DNA of 64,000 nucleotides from Gammaproteobacteria bacterium (GTDB lineage Bacteria; Pseudomonadota; Gammaproteobacteria; Diplorickettsiales; Diplorickettsiaceae): NCBI GenBank assembly GCA_005877695.1, contig VBOA01000011.1, positions 140,696 to 204,695 of the forward strand, read 5' to 3'. Shown piece by piece: positions 9,182 to 19,670 of this stretch (position 1 is its first letter; each line of letters starts with the position of its first letter). The notes under the pieces were generated by a model. It saw only the letters and a program-made list of their open reading frames with translations, ran no database searches and was not told where the DNA came from. The position numbers and the translations under genes were made by a program.

Positions 9182-11890
9182 TTAATTAATTAGTCCATGA
9201 CAATGTTTATATTTTTTTCCGGAACCACAAGGACAAGGATCATTGCGGCCAGTTTTATTGGCACTTCGTTGTGTACTAAGGCGCACGGATGCAGCATCAT
9301 TAGGTAATGATTCTTCTCCCTCAATGAGTGAATCTTGATGTTGGAAATCAAGTAATTGTGGCATTTGTTGGCGGCGTTGTTCTTCTAAACGTTCGGCGTC
9401 TTCAGGTGTTCTTATTTGCAGACAACTAAGCAAACTGGTGACTTGATATTTTAGCTGATCTAAAAGTTCAGCAAATAACATGAAGGATTCACGTTTGTAT
9501 TCTTGTTTTGGATTTTTTTGCGCATATCCACGTAAATGTATTCCTTGGCGTAAATGATCCATTGCAGCGAGATGATCTTTCCATAAAGTATCAAGTGTTT
9601 GCAGCATTAAGGTTTTTTCGACTTGACGTAATGTCGGCGAACCAAATAATTTTTCTTTTTCGGCATAATCGCTTTGAGCGGCAAGTAAGATTTTTTCGCG
9701 AAGATTCTCTTCTAAACAATTAGGATCTTCTAACCAGGTATCCAAAGGTAAATCTAAACAAAAATCTTGCTTCAACAGGTTTTTTAGGCCTGGTATATCC
9801 CACTGTTCTTCTAAGCTTTGGGGAGGAATATAATGCTCAATAGTACTATAGATAACATCAGTCCATAGATTATTAATAATGGGCGAAATATCATCGGTAG
9901 CCAGTAACTCATTACGTTGTTCATAAATGACTTTACGTTGTTCGTTAGCGACATTATCAAACTCTAATAATTGTTTGCGCACATCAAAATTACGGCCTTC
10001 AACTTTACGTTGTGCGTTTTCTATCGCACGGGTTATCCAGCGATGTTCAATGGCTTCGCCAGGTTGCATGCCAATTTTTTGCATAATCATAGCAACGCGA
10101 TCCGAAGCAAAAATACGCATTAAATTATCTTGTAGAGACAAGTAAAAACGTGAAGATCCTGGATCACCTTGCCGTCCCGAACGGCCGCGCAATTGATTAT
10201 CAATACGACGTGACTCATGTCGTTCGCTACCGATGATATGTAAACCACCTGCAGCAATCACTTCATCGTGTCTTTTTTGCCAGTTGAGTTTATGTTGTGC
10301 AATCTCTTCAGCAGAACTATCACTAGGTAAGGCGGCGAGTTCTGCTTTTAAATTACCGCCTAAAACAATATCCGTTCCTCGACCGGCCATGTTTGTGGCA
10401 ATGGTTACTGTTCCAGGACGACCAGCTTCAGCAATAATTTGAGCTTCTTTTTCGTGAAATTTGGCATTAAGTACTTGATGGGGAATATTTTCTTTTTGGA
10501 GTAATTGCGACAAATATTCCGATGTTTCTATCGATGCGGTACCGACTAATATCGGTTGTTTACGCGTCCGACAGGCTTTAATATCGTCAATGATAGCTTT
10601 AAATTTTTCATCTTTAGTAAGATAAATTTGATCGGCCAAATCTTGGCGAGAAACTGGTAAGTGCGTGGGAATCACGACAACTTCTAAATTATAAATTTGT
10701 TGAAATTCATACGCTTCAGTATCAGCAGTGCCGGTCATTCCCGCTAATTTATGATAAAGACGAAAATAATTTTGAAACGTAATTGAAGCAAGGGTTTGAT
10801 TTTCATTCTGTATGTTAGCGTTTTCCTTTGCTTCAACGGCTTGATGTAAACCATCTGACCAGCGTCGGCCGGACATTAAACGGCCGGTATGTTCATCCAC
10901 AATAATAACTTGATTATTTTGTACGATATAATCGATGTCACGTTGGAATAAATAATGGGCACGTAAAGCCGCATAAACATGATGCATTAAACCAATATTA
11001 GTCAAATGATATAAGTTATCGCCAGATTTTAATAAGTCTTGTTTGACTAATAGCTCTTCTAATTTTTGATGGCCTTCTTCGGTTAAGTAAGCTTGCTTGG
11101 CTTTTTCATCGAGATAAAAATCGCCAGGACCATTTTCTTCTTTTCTTAAAACGAGTTTAGGAATAATTTGATTAATCTTAGTGTAGAGTTCTGAACTTTC
11201 TTCACTGGCTCCAGAAATGATTAAAGGAGTACGTGCTTCATCAATCAAAATGGAATCTACTTCATCGACAATCGCGAAATTTAAAATGCGTTGTGCTTTT
11301 TCTGCCAATGAAAACGCCATATTATCGCGTAGATAATCAAATCCAAATTCATTATTGGTGCCGTAGGTAATATCCGCAGCGTAAGCCGTTTGACGTTCAG
11401 CGAGTGGAAGATCAGATACAATGACACCGGTATTTAATCCTAGAAAAGCGTAGACCGGTTTCATCCATTCTGCGTCACGCTTGGCTAAATAGTCATTAAC
11501 AGTGACGATATGGACACCTAAACCACTCAATGCATTTAGATAAGCGGGTAAGGTTGCGACTAAGGTTTTACCTTCACCGGTACGCATTTCAGCAATTTTA
11601 CCGCTATGTAACACCATGCCACCAATTAATTGTACGTCGAAATGACGTAAACCTAATACACGAGTACTTGCTTCGCGCACTACAGCAAATGCTTCTATTA
11701 ATAATTCATCTAAAGAACAACTATCTTGTAAGCGCGTTTTGAACTCTGAAGTTTTAGCTTGTAATTGCGCATCAGATAAACTTTGCATGTAAGGTTCTAG
11801 CGCATTGATATTAACAACGGTTTTTTCAAATTGTTTTAGCAGTCGTTGGTTACGACTTGGGATAAATTTACTTAAAAGCTTAGAAATCAT
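9182..11890 (-). CDS. secA: Preprotein translocase ATPase SecA
   Basis: [40 protein letters not shown]-terminal [19 protein letters not shown] zinc motif. Confidence 0.99.
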   Translation of the reverse strand: MISKLLSKFIPSRNQRLLKQFEKTVVNINALEPYMQSLSDAQLQAKTSEFKTRLQDSCSLDELLIEAFAVVREASTRVLGLRHFDVQLIGGMVLHSGKIAEMRTGEGKTLVATLPAYLNALSGLGVHIVTVNDYLAKRDAEWMKPVYAFLGLNTGVIVSDLPLAERQTAYAADITYGTNNEFGFDYLRDNMAFSLAEKAQRILNFAIVDEVDSILIDEARTPLIISGASEESSELYTKINQIIPKLVLRKEENGPGDFYLDEKAKQAYLTEEGHQKLEELLVKQDLLKSGDNLYHLTNIGLMHHVYAALRAHYLFQRDIDYIVQNNQVIIVDEHTGRLMSGRRWSDGLHQAVEAKENANIQNENQTLASITFQNYFRLYHKLAGMTGTADTEAYEFQQIYNLEVVVIPTHLPVSRQDLADQIYLTKDEKFKAIIDDIKACRTRKQPILVGTASIETSEYLSQLLQKENIPHQVLNAKFHEKEAQIIAEAGRPGTVTIATNMAGRGTDIVLGGNLKAELAALPSDSSAEEIAQHKLNWQKRHDEVIAAGGLHIIGSERHESRRIDNQLRGRSGRQGDPGSSRFYLSLQDNLMRIFASDRVAMIMQKIGMQPGEAIEHRWITRAIENAQRKVEGRNFDVRKQLLEFDNVANEQRKVIYEQRNELLATDDISPIINNLWTDVIYSTIEHYIPPQSLEEQWDIPGLKNLLKQDFCLDLPLDTWLEDPNCLEENLREKILLAAQSDYAEKEKLFGSPTLRQVEKTLMLQTLDTLWKDHLAAMDHLRQGIHLRGYAQKNPKQEYKRESFMLFAELLDQLKYQVTSLLSCLQIRTPEDAERLEEQRRQQMPQLLDFQHQDSLIEGEESLPNDAASVRLSTQRSANKTGRNDPCPCGSGKKYKHCHGLIN

Positions 11891-11982
11891 AAATGTAAAA
11901 AAGTCTCAGTATGCTTGGCGCAACAAAAGCCCAGAAAATGTGCTCACTGTACTAAAAAGTCAGTGATAGTGCTAGGTAATCA

Positions 11983-13860
11983 TTACTCGATAACGATACA
12001 TCCTAGGCGTTGTTCAATAGCTGACAAGATAGTCGCTGTATCTAAATCGACTTGAGCAAGCAAGATATTGGGATCACCATGTCCAACAAATTGGTCTGGA
12101 AGTCCTAAGATTAACACATCGCAAGTAATGCCTTGTTGATGTAAAAATTCGCTCACCGCTGATCCTGCTCCACCTACCTTAACATTTTCTTCTAAGCTGA
12201 CCAACATGCTATGAGTTTTTGCTAGATTTAGTAGTAGCTTTTCATCTAAAGGTTTAACAAAACGCATATTGACTACAGTGGCATCCAGCGACATACCGAC
12301 GTTAAGTGCAGGATGCAACATTGATCCAAAAGCCAGTAAGGCAATGGTGTGTCCTTTGCGACAGATTTCCGCTTTACCGAGGGGTATACATGACATTTCT
12401 TGCTCAACTGAGACACCCATTCCTGCACCGCGAGGATAACGCACAGCACAAGGCGTAGTGAACTGAAAACCGGTATAGAGCATTTGCCTTAATTCGTTTT
12501 CATTGCTCGGCGTCATGATGGTCAAATTTGGAATGCAACGCAAATATGAAAGATCGAAACAACCATGATGGGTTGCGCCGTCTCCCCCGACGATTCCGGA
12601 TCTATCTATAGCAAACAAAACCGGTAGGTTTTGTAGAGCAACATCATGTATGAGTTGATCATAAGCACGTTGTAAGAAAGTAGAATAGATAGCTACTACC
12701 GGCTTTTGACCAGCGCAGGCTAAGCCAGCAGCGAAAGTAACGGCATGTTGTTCTGCAATGCCAACGTCAAAATAGCGATCGGGATAACGTTTAGAAAATT
12801 CTATCAGATCCGATCCTTCGCGCATTGCCGGAGTGATGGCAATTAAACGTTCATCGATAGCAGCCATATCGCAAATCCATTCCCCAAAAATATTTGCATA
12901 GGTCTTAGGCTTGGTTTTTTTTGTCTTAGAGAATACCGGCGCTAAAAAATGCGGGTTGACGGCATGATAAGCAATAGGATTTTGTTCTGCAGCGACATAA
13001 CCTTTGCCTTTGGTGGTAATGACATGAACCAATTGCGGGCCAGATAATTGGCGGAGATTATTTAAAGTATTCAGCAATAGCGGTAAATCATGACCATCAA
13101 TGGGTCCTATATAATTAAAACCTAGTTCTTCAAATAAAGTACCGGGTACAAACATGCCTTTGACATGTTCTTCAGTGCGTTTAGCAAGTTCACGTACACT
13201 AGGAATAGATTCTAAAATTCTTTTGCTGCCTTCTCTGACGCTTGAATAAAGTTTACTCGATAATATTCGTGCAAAATAGTTAGATAAGGCGCCAACGTTA
13301 TTGGAAATTGACATATCATTATCATTAAGCACGACTAAAAGATCGGCGTGGATTGCGCCCGCATGGTTTAAGGCTTCAAAAGCCATGCCGGCCGTCATCG
13401 CACCGTCACCGATGACGGCAATCGCTTTTTGGCCAGTATTATTTTTTTTTGCAGCGACACTAAATCCCAAAGCGGCACTAATCGATGTACTCGAATGACC
13501 GACGCCAAAACTATCAAATAAACTTTCTTCGCGGGAGGGAAAGGGTGCTAAACCATGAGTTTTGCGAATACTACAAAGTTGTTTGCGGCGCCCGGTAAGA
13601 ATTTTGTGTGCATACGCTTGATGGCCGACATCCCAAATAAGCTGATCATGGGGTGTGTTAAACACATAATGCAAAGCAATGGTTAATTCCACGGTCCCTA
13701 AGTTACCTGCAAAGTGACCTCCACATTGATCCAGCGTTTGAATCATAAACGCTCTGAGCTCAGTGGCTAATTGCGACAGTTGCGTCGGTGTGAGTTCACG
13801 CAACTGCTCTGGGGAATCAACCTGCTCTAATAAGGAGCATAGCGTATTTTTAAGGTCCAT
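11983..13860 (-). CDS. dxs: 1-deoxy-D-xylulose-5-phosphate synthase
   Basis: [45 protein letters not shown] motifs. Confidence 0.98.
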   Translation of the reverse strand: MDLKNTLCSLLEQVDSPEQLRELTPTQLSQLATELRAFMIQTLDQCGGHFAGNLGTVELTIALHYVFNTPHDQLIWDVGHQAYAHKILTGRRKQLCSIRKTHGLAPFPSREESLFDSFGVGHSSTSISAALGFSVAAKKNNTGQKAIAVIGDGAMTAGMAFEALNHAGAIHADLLVVLNDNDMSISNNVGALSNYFARILSSKLYSSVREGSKRILESIPSVRELAKRTEEHVKGMFVPGTLFEELGFNYIGPIDGHDLPLLLNTLNNLRQLSGPQLVHVITTKGKGYVAAEQNPIAYHAVNPHFLAPVFSKTKKTKPKTYANIFGEWICDMAAIDERLIAITPAMREGSDLIEFSKRYPDRYFDVGIAEQHAVTFAAGLACAGQKPVVAIYSTFLQRAYDQLIHDVALQNLPVLFAIDRSGIVGGDGATHHGCFDLSYLRCIPNLTIMTPSNENELRQMLYTGFQFTTPCAVRYPRGAGMGVSVEQEMSCIPLGKAEICRKGHTIALLAFGSMLHPALNVGMSLDATVVNMRFVKPLDEKLLLNLAKTHSMLVSLEENVKVGGAGSAVSEFLHQQGITCDVLILGLPDQFVGHGDPNILLAQVDLDTATILSAIEQRLGCIVIE

Positions 13861-13877
13861 GTATTTTATAAGAAAAA

Positions 13878-14873
13878 TTATCCTGAAGTTGAATTAGGGT
13901 TATTGATATTTTGTGCTTGTTGTATGAGCTGTGCTCGTCCTTGGTTATTGAGTTCTAATACTAAGACCGACATAGTAGCGAGTAAACGCTCTAATGTCAT
14001 CCGTGTATGGTAGCTTTCAGCTAAATTTTCTGCTAACAGCTCGACTTGTTGGCGTTGTAAGGTGGCCGGATTTTCTTTAATTAAATCAGAGGCATACCAA
14101 TTTTTATCAAGAATTCGGCGCGTTGCCATAAAATTTTCTAATTTTAATAAGCTATAAGACCCCTTAATTTCACCGGGAAGTTGTCTTACTGCAGGATCGT
14201 TGGGGTCGAGGGGCTGCCGTTCTGCATAAAGTTGATAAAGATTACTCAGTGCAATACTTTGTGTGGCTAAATAACTGCGCAGACTCGCAAGATATTCTTT
14301 AATAGGTTTTTCATTTAGCTTAACGTTTAAATTGCTCCTTTTATTTCCGTTTAGATTAGCCACCAGCTGATTGAAATTAACCGTATTGATAGGCGCGAGA
14401 GAAGAATTTAAAGCATTAATTACATTTGTAGCTTCAATGGCTTGAGTCTCGTTATAACTAAGAGGTTGTAACAAGCTATTGATATCAATTGACTGTAAAG
14501 GTTTTTTTTCTACATTGGAATTGGTTTTTTTGCCATCCGGGTTCCAAGTAAAGGCGATGATATTATTGTTGTTATCGTCCAAATTAGCTGATTGAGTAAG
14601 TAATTTTTGTGTCAAAGGACTCACTAAAGGTGAAGTCGGAGATAGTAAATAAGTAGCTTGAGCATTATTAATCGCAATGGTTAAGTTATCATTTACCGGT
14701 GCGGTGTTCATGGTGTTGGCATCGATGGCAATTTTTCCATAACCCGCCACTAAGCTATCAACGCTGATATTATTAGCGGTATCAGCATAACTCGATAGGT
14801 TACAAAAGCTTAATGTTGCCAAACTAATACTTAATATACTTTTTAAAATCTTTATTTTTGGTAAGTAAAACAT
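13878..14873 (-). CDS. icmX: Dot/Icm type IVB secretion periplasmic protein IcmX
   Basis: Signal peptide; C-terminal '[34 protein letters not shown]' region as in IcmX; position downstream of icmW. Confidence 0.85.
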   Translation of the reverse strand: MFYLPKIKILKSILSISLATLSFCNLSSYADTANNISVDSLVAGYGKIAIDANTMNTAPVNDNLTIAINNAQATYLLSPTSPLVSPLTQKLLTQSANLDDNNNNIIAFTWNPDGKKTNSNVEKKPLQSIDINSLLQPLSYNETQAIEATNVINALNSSLAPINTVNFNQLVANLNGNKRSNLNVKLNEKPIKEYLASLRSYLATQSIALSNLYQLYAERQPLDPNDPAVRQLPGEIKGSYSLLKLENFMATRRILDKNWYASDLIKENPATLQRQQVELLAENLAESYHTRMTLERLLATMSVLVLELNNQGRAQLIQQAQNINNPNSTSG

Positions 14874-14902
14874 AACAACATCCTCATGGAGTTTAAAATT
14901 TT

Positions 14903-15418
14903 TTAAAAATGAGCATTGGGTCGCGTTTGCTTGGGGTTAGGTGTGGGTTGTGAAGGCGCAAAAATGTTCGGCGGATTAGGAACAGTTGAATGGGTTGATG
15001 ATGTAGGGCCCGGAATAGGTGCATTAGAATATGGGTTTATTTTAGCATTTTTTTCCCAAATATTGGGAGGTTGTTTTGCCCACGGATTAGGTTGCAACCA
15101 AGGATTTTTATTAGATGAAGACGCTGGACGTGCAGATTTATTGTCTAAAGGTGTAAACGCTTTATCGGTATTTGAAGGAGGCGTTGGCGTTGTTACAGAT
15201 GCTTCAGGTATAGTTTGGCTTTGTTGAGAAGCGTTATCCGTTTTGGTGTGAGCGTTTAAGGCATCTAAAATCGCCTGCGAAGCCTTATTTTCAGATTGTT
15301 TGATTTCATCGCTAAGGGAAGGGCAACTGTTTGTTGATTCCGGATAGGCATACGCTAGATCGATGGAAGAACAACAGAGAAAAATTAAAGCACAGGGCGA
15401 GAGATATGATTTTAGCAT
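14903..15418 (-). CDS. Exported Pro/Asn-rich hypothetical protein between icmW and icmX
   Basis: Signal peptide (AYA|Y), NPW/NIW/NPY repeats, Pro-rich tail; 3-nt gap after icmW. Confidence 0.8.
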   Translation of the reverse strand: MLKSYLSPCALIFLCCSSIDLAYAYPESTNSCPSLSDEIKQSENKASQAILDALNAHTKTDNASQQSQTIPEASVTTPTPPSNTDKAFTPLDNKSARPASSSNKNPWLQPNPWAKQPPNIWEKNAKINPYSNAPIPGPTSSTHSTVPNPPNIFAPSQPTPNPKQTRPNAHF

Positions 15419-15421
15419 AAA

Positions 15422-15874
15422 TTATTCACCTTCTAATGCTTTTAAAACTAAGTCCAAACGATCTTGCGAAAATACTCTAGCAAGTAGCCTTAAACGTTCA
15501 AAGCTAATGTTTCTACGCAAAAATAAGCCAGCTTCATCTTCAGGGCCATTACTGACCTCTTCTGCATGCATGAGTAACTTTGCAGCAGAACCTGGATGTG
15601 AAGTATCGATCGCTTGGAGTAGACGCAAGGTGCGTGACATACCTAAATGGTTGCCTAAACGGATAAACAAAGCTTGTTGAGCAAGTTTATCTAGATCGAC
15701 CTTTTCGATATCATCAAGCTCTTTACCCAGTTCTATGATACTTGCTTCAAGTGCAGTATCACCATCCTGAGTCCAGGATTCTACACTTTCCATAAAACAT
15801 AGAACCCTATAGATCAATGGATCTTGATAGTGTTTCCAATAGAGATGTGAACCTTTGTGAGTTAAGTCAGGCAT
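15422..15874 (-). CDS. icmW: Dot/Icm adaptor IcmW
   Basis: MPDL..H.YW..YQDPLIYRV..FMESVE.WT N-terminus and FLRRNISFERLRLLARVF motif. Confidence 0.95.
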   Translation of the reverse strand: MPDLTHKGSHLYWKHYQDPLIYRVLCFMESVESWTQDGDTALEASIIELGKELDDIEKVDLDKLAQQALFIRLGNHLGMSRTLRLLQAIDTSHPGSAAKLLMHAEEVSNGPEDEAGLFLRRNISFERLRLLARVFSQDRLDLVLKALEGE

Positions 15875-16096
15875 AAGTACTATATTGTTTTATTTGTAAT
15901 ACCCATTTAAATTGAGTATAAACTGCTGCAAAGGAATCTTAATTATCCAACTTAATGCCAATGAAATCAAACCCAATCTCAAATTAGCAGTGATTTCGTT
16001 CGGTTATTGTGACTAGCTTGATTTATTTCCATCACTAGAAATTTGCAAGTTGGCTGAGGTCAGGATACTATAGATTATCAAACCGCGGGGTGATAC

Positions 16097-16555
16097 GTGA
16101 GTTTTTTTGGTGGTATAAAAAAAATAATTAAACCAGCTGTTGACGTTCCGAAGTGGATAGACTATCAACAATTGGTTAAAAACAATCGTTCGTTTTTCGG
16201 ATTCATTAAAAAAATCTTCATTCCTAGTCAAGCACAGACTCAGGAATCCTTTGAAGAAGCCCTCATACGTCTTAAATTAACTCCAGCCGATTTAATACAA
16301 CGCAATAAAGAATTTACTCGATTGCTATGGATATGGATTTTTATTTTTTTAATTAGCATTAGCTATAGTATTTATCTCTTATATAACCACTCATTGCGAG
16401 GGTTTTTTCCTAGTTTAGGCATTAATTTTATTATTTTAACGCAAATCTTTTGTTATCATTTTTGGCTTTTCCAAATTAAACAGCGTCGTTTAGGTTGTAG
16501 TTTTCGTGATTGGTTAAACAGTCAATTTTTTATTAGGAAGAAAAATAATGCGTAA
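16097..16555 (+). CDS. icmV: Dot/Icm inner-membrane protein IcmV
   Basis: GTG start after GGGGTGA; ESFEEALIRLKLT, two TM segments, YHFWLFQIKQRRLGCSF.DW motif; overlaps dotA start. Confidence 0.92.
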   Translation: MSFFGGIKKIIKPAVDVPKWIDYQQLVKNNRSFFGFIKKIFIPSQAQTQESFEEALIRLKLTPADLIQRNKEFTRLLWIWIFIFLISISYSIYLLYNHSLRGFFPSLGINFIILTQIFCYHFWLFQIKQRRLGCSFRDWLNSQFFIRKKNNA

Positions 16556-19061
16556 GTTCCTATTTACTAGTTTGCTTTTCTTGTTTCCATCCGTGTTATT
16601 AGCCGATACCTTGAGTTTAACACCCCCCAGTACCGATTTATCAATGTCATATTTAGCGACTATTTTTGGTGTGGTAGATGGCGTATTGCATGGCACGGGA
16701 AGTCAAATTTTAGGAACCATGTTCGGGGCATTTAATTCGATTATATTAGTGATGGCTTCTACCATATTGGGCTATGTTTTATTTGTATCGATCTTAAACA
16801 CCTCACATGAAGGAGAGTTTCTAGGTAAGAAATGGTCTTCAATTTGGGTTCCTTTAAGAACCGTTGCGGGGGTTGGCTTATTGCTACCCAAAGCCACCGG
16901 TTATTCGATGATACAAATCCTGGTGCTGTGGGTAGTAGTGCAGGGTGTGGGTGCGGCGGATGAAGTTTGGAATGTTGCGTTAAATTATATAAATCATAAC
17001 GGAGCTATAGTTGAGCCGGTACAATCGCTAAAACCCGATCCAAAATCTGGAAAAGCAGACAATAGTTTTTTAGTAGGCAAAGCCGGAAGCATTCTTAAAT
17101 TAGAAACTTGTATGTTGGCGATACAAAATGCATTAAATCGCCAAAACGCAAATACTACGTCAGGTACTGGTCCAGCTCCAGCGCCCGTTCCAGATTTTAT
17201 GAGTTCATTGGTAGTGACAGGGAAAAAAGCGGACGGGTCTAATAGTGGTGCACCTATAGATTATAGTAAAGACATAGGTGGTTACATAAATTTCCCTGGG
17301 CAAGCAGGATTAAAAGGATCAGCTTATAATAAATATATAGGTCTTTGCGGAAACCTTAACTGGAATTTTATAGGTAAGACCGGTGAAGATGATCGAGCTT
17401 ACAATCCTGCTCAATTAACCGCCAATGATAGTGCGAGTATTGCGGCCAGGCAAATGACTTTAGATTTGGGCCCGTTAGCGAAAACGCTAGCAAATAGTTT
17501 AGTTCCTCCTACCGGCAAAGGTACAGTCCCTATTACTAAATTAAAAGCTGACGATGCAATCTTTACTCCCAATGTCTTAATCGATACCGGTGAAGATTAT
17601 TTTGGCATTGTAAAACCTGCTTTACGTTCTTTAGCCGATGATGCAAGCAAAAAATATAAAGAGTTTATTAACAAAGCTAAAGACAATGGTTGGATACTGG
17701 CTGGAAGTTATTACTATAACATGGCGCGTCTAAATCAAAGTATTAGAAATAATACCGGAACAGCCGCTATTACCGATAAATTAATACCTGTTTTTAATCC
17801 TATCTATGACAAAGGGAGTTTTAATGACATCAATGATGACAATGTTAAAATTAATTTAAAAAATAATTTACCGGCTAATAATGGTGTTATTGATCAATAT
17901 ATTAATGCTGAACTTTCTAGGGCGGATGCAAGTGATAATCCTGGTTCTGAACCTATACTCACTTTTCCAAATAATCCATCAGAAGCTTGGGGAGCAGGTT
18001 GGTTAGTTAAGCAAGTAATGAACACTATATTTCCTCGCGTACATAAATTTACACAGGAATTATCGGATAATATTAATAATAAAAATATGGATCCTATTTT
18101 TGCTTTAGCCTCTGTGGGAAATGGTTTGGTAACCATGGTAGAAGAAATTTGGGCAGCTATTTTAGCGATTCCGCTAGTAATTAGTGTCGTTGGAGGTGCG
18201 CTGAGTTGGATTCCTATTATTGGTATTGGTTTTGCTGTAACAACGATAGTCGCGCAGCTATGTTTTGCGGCGGTCATGATAGTTTTAATGCCATTACTCT
18301 CTGTTTGGATGGGGATTAATTTGACGTTAGGAGCGGTATTATCCTATTACGTTCCTTTAATTCCTTTTTTCTTGTTTACATTTGGTGCAATTACTTGGTT
18401 TGCGGTGGTATTAGAAGCTGTTTTAGCCGCACCGTTGGTTGCCTTGGGTATTACCCATCCGGAAGGGCATGACTTTTTGGGTAAGGCAGAGCAGTCAATT
18501 ATGTTGCTTGCCAGCGTTTTTTTAAGGCCAATGTTAATGGTGTTTGGTTTAATTTTTGGGATCATTTTGTCCTATGTAGCGCTTTCCTTATTTAATCGTG
18601 GCTTTGCTATTGCAATACAGTTTTTAAATGATTATAACGGCGACATTTTCAATCTTATCTATCAATTAGCTATGATGGCCATTTATACTTCGGCCGTACT
18701 TGCTATCATGAATCGTTGCTTTGCCATGATATATGAAGTACCCAATAAAGTGTTGCGTTGGATCGGTGGTCCACAAGAAAGTGGTCACGAAGAATCTATG
18801 CTACAAGGTATCCGTCATCAGCATGATCGTGATGTAGGACAGATTGGTCAGCTTGTTCCTAGCGCTCAATCTGCAAGCCAAACCGGTTCAGCTAGCTCAC
18901 AATTATCAAATGCTTCGCAAGAAGCTCAGCAAACTTCAGCAAGTTCAGGTGGAGGAACGCCTCCTGGGGGCGGTGGAGGATTAGGCGGTGGCGGCGGTGC
19001 TAGTGCCGGGGGCAGTGGAGCAGCAAGTACAGCGAGTTCAATACCGCCCGTTGTGCCATAA
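16548..19061 (+). CDS. dotA: Dot/Icm inner-membrane protein DotA
   Basis: SYLATIFGVVDGVLHGTGSQILG, WSSIWVPLR, THPEGHDFLGKAEQ, PNKVLRWIG motifs of DotA/TraY. Confidence 0.95.
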   Translation: MRKFLFTSLLFLFPSVLLADTLSLTPPSTDLSMSYLATIFGVVDGVLHGTGSQILGTMFGAFNSIILVMASTILGYVLFVSILNTSHEGEFLGKKWSSIWVPLRTVAGVGLLLPKATGYSMIQILVLWVVVQGVGAADEVWNVALNYINHNGAIVEPVQSLKPDPKSGKADNSFLVGKAGSILKLETCMLAIQNALNRQNANTTSGTGPAPAPVPDFMSSLVVTGKKADGSNSGAPIDYSKDIGGYINFPGQAGLKGSAYNKYIGLCGNLNWNFIGKTGEDDRAYNPAQLTANDSASIAARQMTLDLGPLAKTLANSLVPPTGKGTVPITKLKADDAIFTPNVLIDTGEDYFGIVKPALRSLADDASKKYKEFINKAKDNGWILAGSYYYNMARLNQSIRNNTGTAAITDKLIPVFNPIYDKGSFNDINDDNVKINLKNNLPANNGVIDQYINAELSRADASDNPGSEPILTFPNNPSEAWGAGWLVKQVMNTIFPRVHKFTQELSDNINNKNMDPIFALASVGNGLVTMVEEIWAAILAIPLVISVVGGALSWIPIIGIGFAVTTIVAQLCFAAVMIVLMPLLSVWMGINLTLGAVLSYYVPLIPFFLFTFGAITWFAVVLEAVLAAPLVALGITHPEGHDFLGKAEQSIMLLASVFLRPMLMVFGLIFGIILSYVALSLFNRGFAIAIQFLNDYNGDIFNLIYQLAMMAIYTSAVLAIMNRCFAMIYEVPNKVLRWIGGPQESGHEESMLQGIRHQHDRDVGQIGQLVPSAQSASQTGSASSQLSNASQEAQQTSASSGGGTPPGGGGGLGGGGGASAGGSGAASTASSIPPVVP

Positions 19062-19091
19062 TAAAACGCAAAGTATTAATAAAAATTAACT

Positions 19092-19613
19092 ATGAAAGAA
19101 GATGTTGGATTTGATTTAAATTTAGATGAGCTATTTGCTCAACTTGCTGAAATGACGCAAAGCTCAGAAATAAATCAGCAGGCCTATTTATATTTATTAC
19201 TGTTATGGTCTTACTTTGAAGTTTCTATAGTGAATGATGATACTGCTGAAGATGGAACTGCTTCGGGAACAACAGCGTTTATGCCCTCAAGGATTTTACA
19301 GATAGAGCAAGGCTTTCAAATCTTTGATTATGGTACGCATTTGAAAACAGCAGCTGGGAAATATTATGGAAGTTATACTACAGGCCGTTTGCTAAATACC
19401 GTGCGGGAGATGGTTAAACTACTGAGTGAGCGCGGCGCTAAAAAGCTTAAGTTTGTTGGCTTGGAAGCAGCAAAACGATTTGCTTGTCTCGAATGTGAAA
19501 AGTATAAAATAAAAGTAGCTAACTTTACACCGGATAGTAAAACCCAACGCTTACGGAATCGTTTACCGCGCTTAGACAGCTTACGTAATAACGTTTACAC
19601 AGTAAGTAAATAA
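19092..19613 (+). CDS. lvgA: LvgA-like Dot/Icm coupling-complex adaptor (putative)
   Basis: Acidic N-terminus; segments AYLYLLLLWSYFEVSI, IFDYGTHLKT, LLNTVREMVKLLSER and FVGLEAAKRFA..KVANFTP align by eye, in order, with the recalled L. pneumophila LvgA sequence; 30 nt after dotA. Confidence 0.6.
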   Translation: MKEDVGFDLNLDELFAQLAEMTQSSEINQQAYLYLLLLWSYFEVSIVNDDTAEDGTASGTTAFMPSRILQIEQGFQIFDYGTHLKTAAGKYYGSYTTGRLLNTVREMVKLLSERGAKKLKFVGLEAAKRFACLECEKYKIKVANFTPDSKTQRLRNRLPRLDSLRNNVYTVSK

Positions 19614-19632
19614 ATTTGTAATTTTTTTATTT

Positions 19633-19662
19633 AAGGATAGATTCTGTATATCTACCCTTTTT
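19633..19662 (+). terminator. Putative intrinsic terminator between convergent lvgA-like and orphan genes
   Basis: AAGGATAGAT-N7-ATCTACCCTT hairpin (one mismatch) running into a T tract. Confidence 0.45.
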
Positions 19663-19670
19663 AAGAAAAA

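Noticed and set aside
15938-15956. Two CTTAAT hexamers in the icmW-icmV divergent promoter as a PmrA box
   Set aside because: Period is 13 bp, not 11; no clear CpxR GTAAA-N5-GTAAA repeat either
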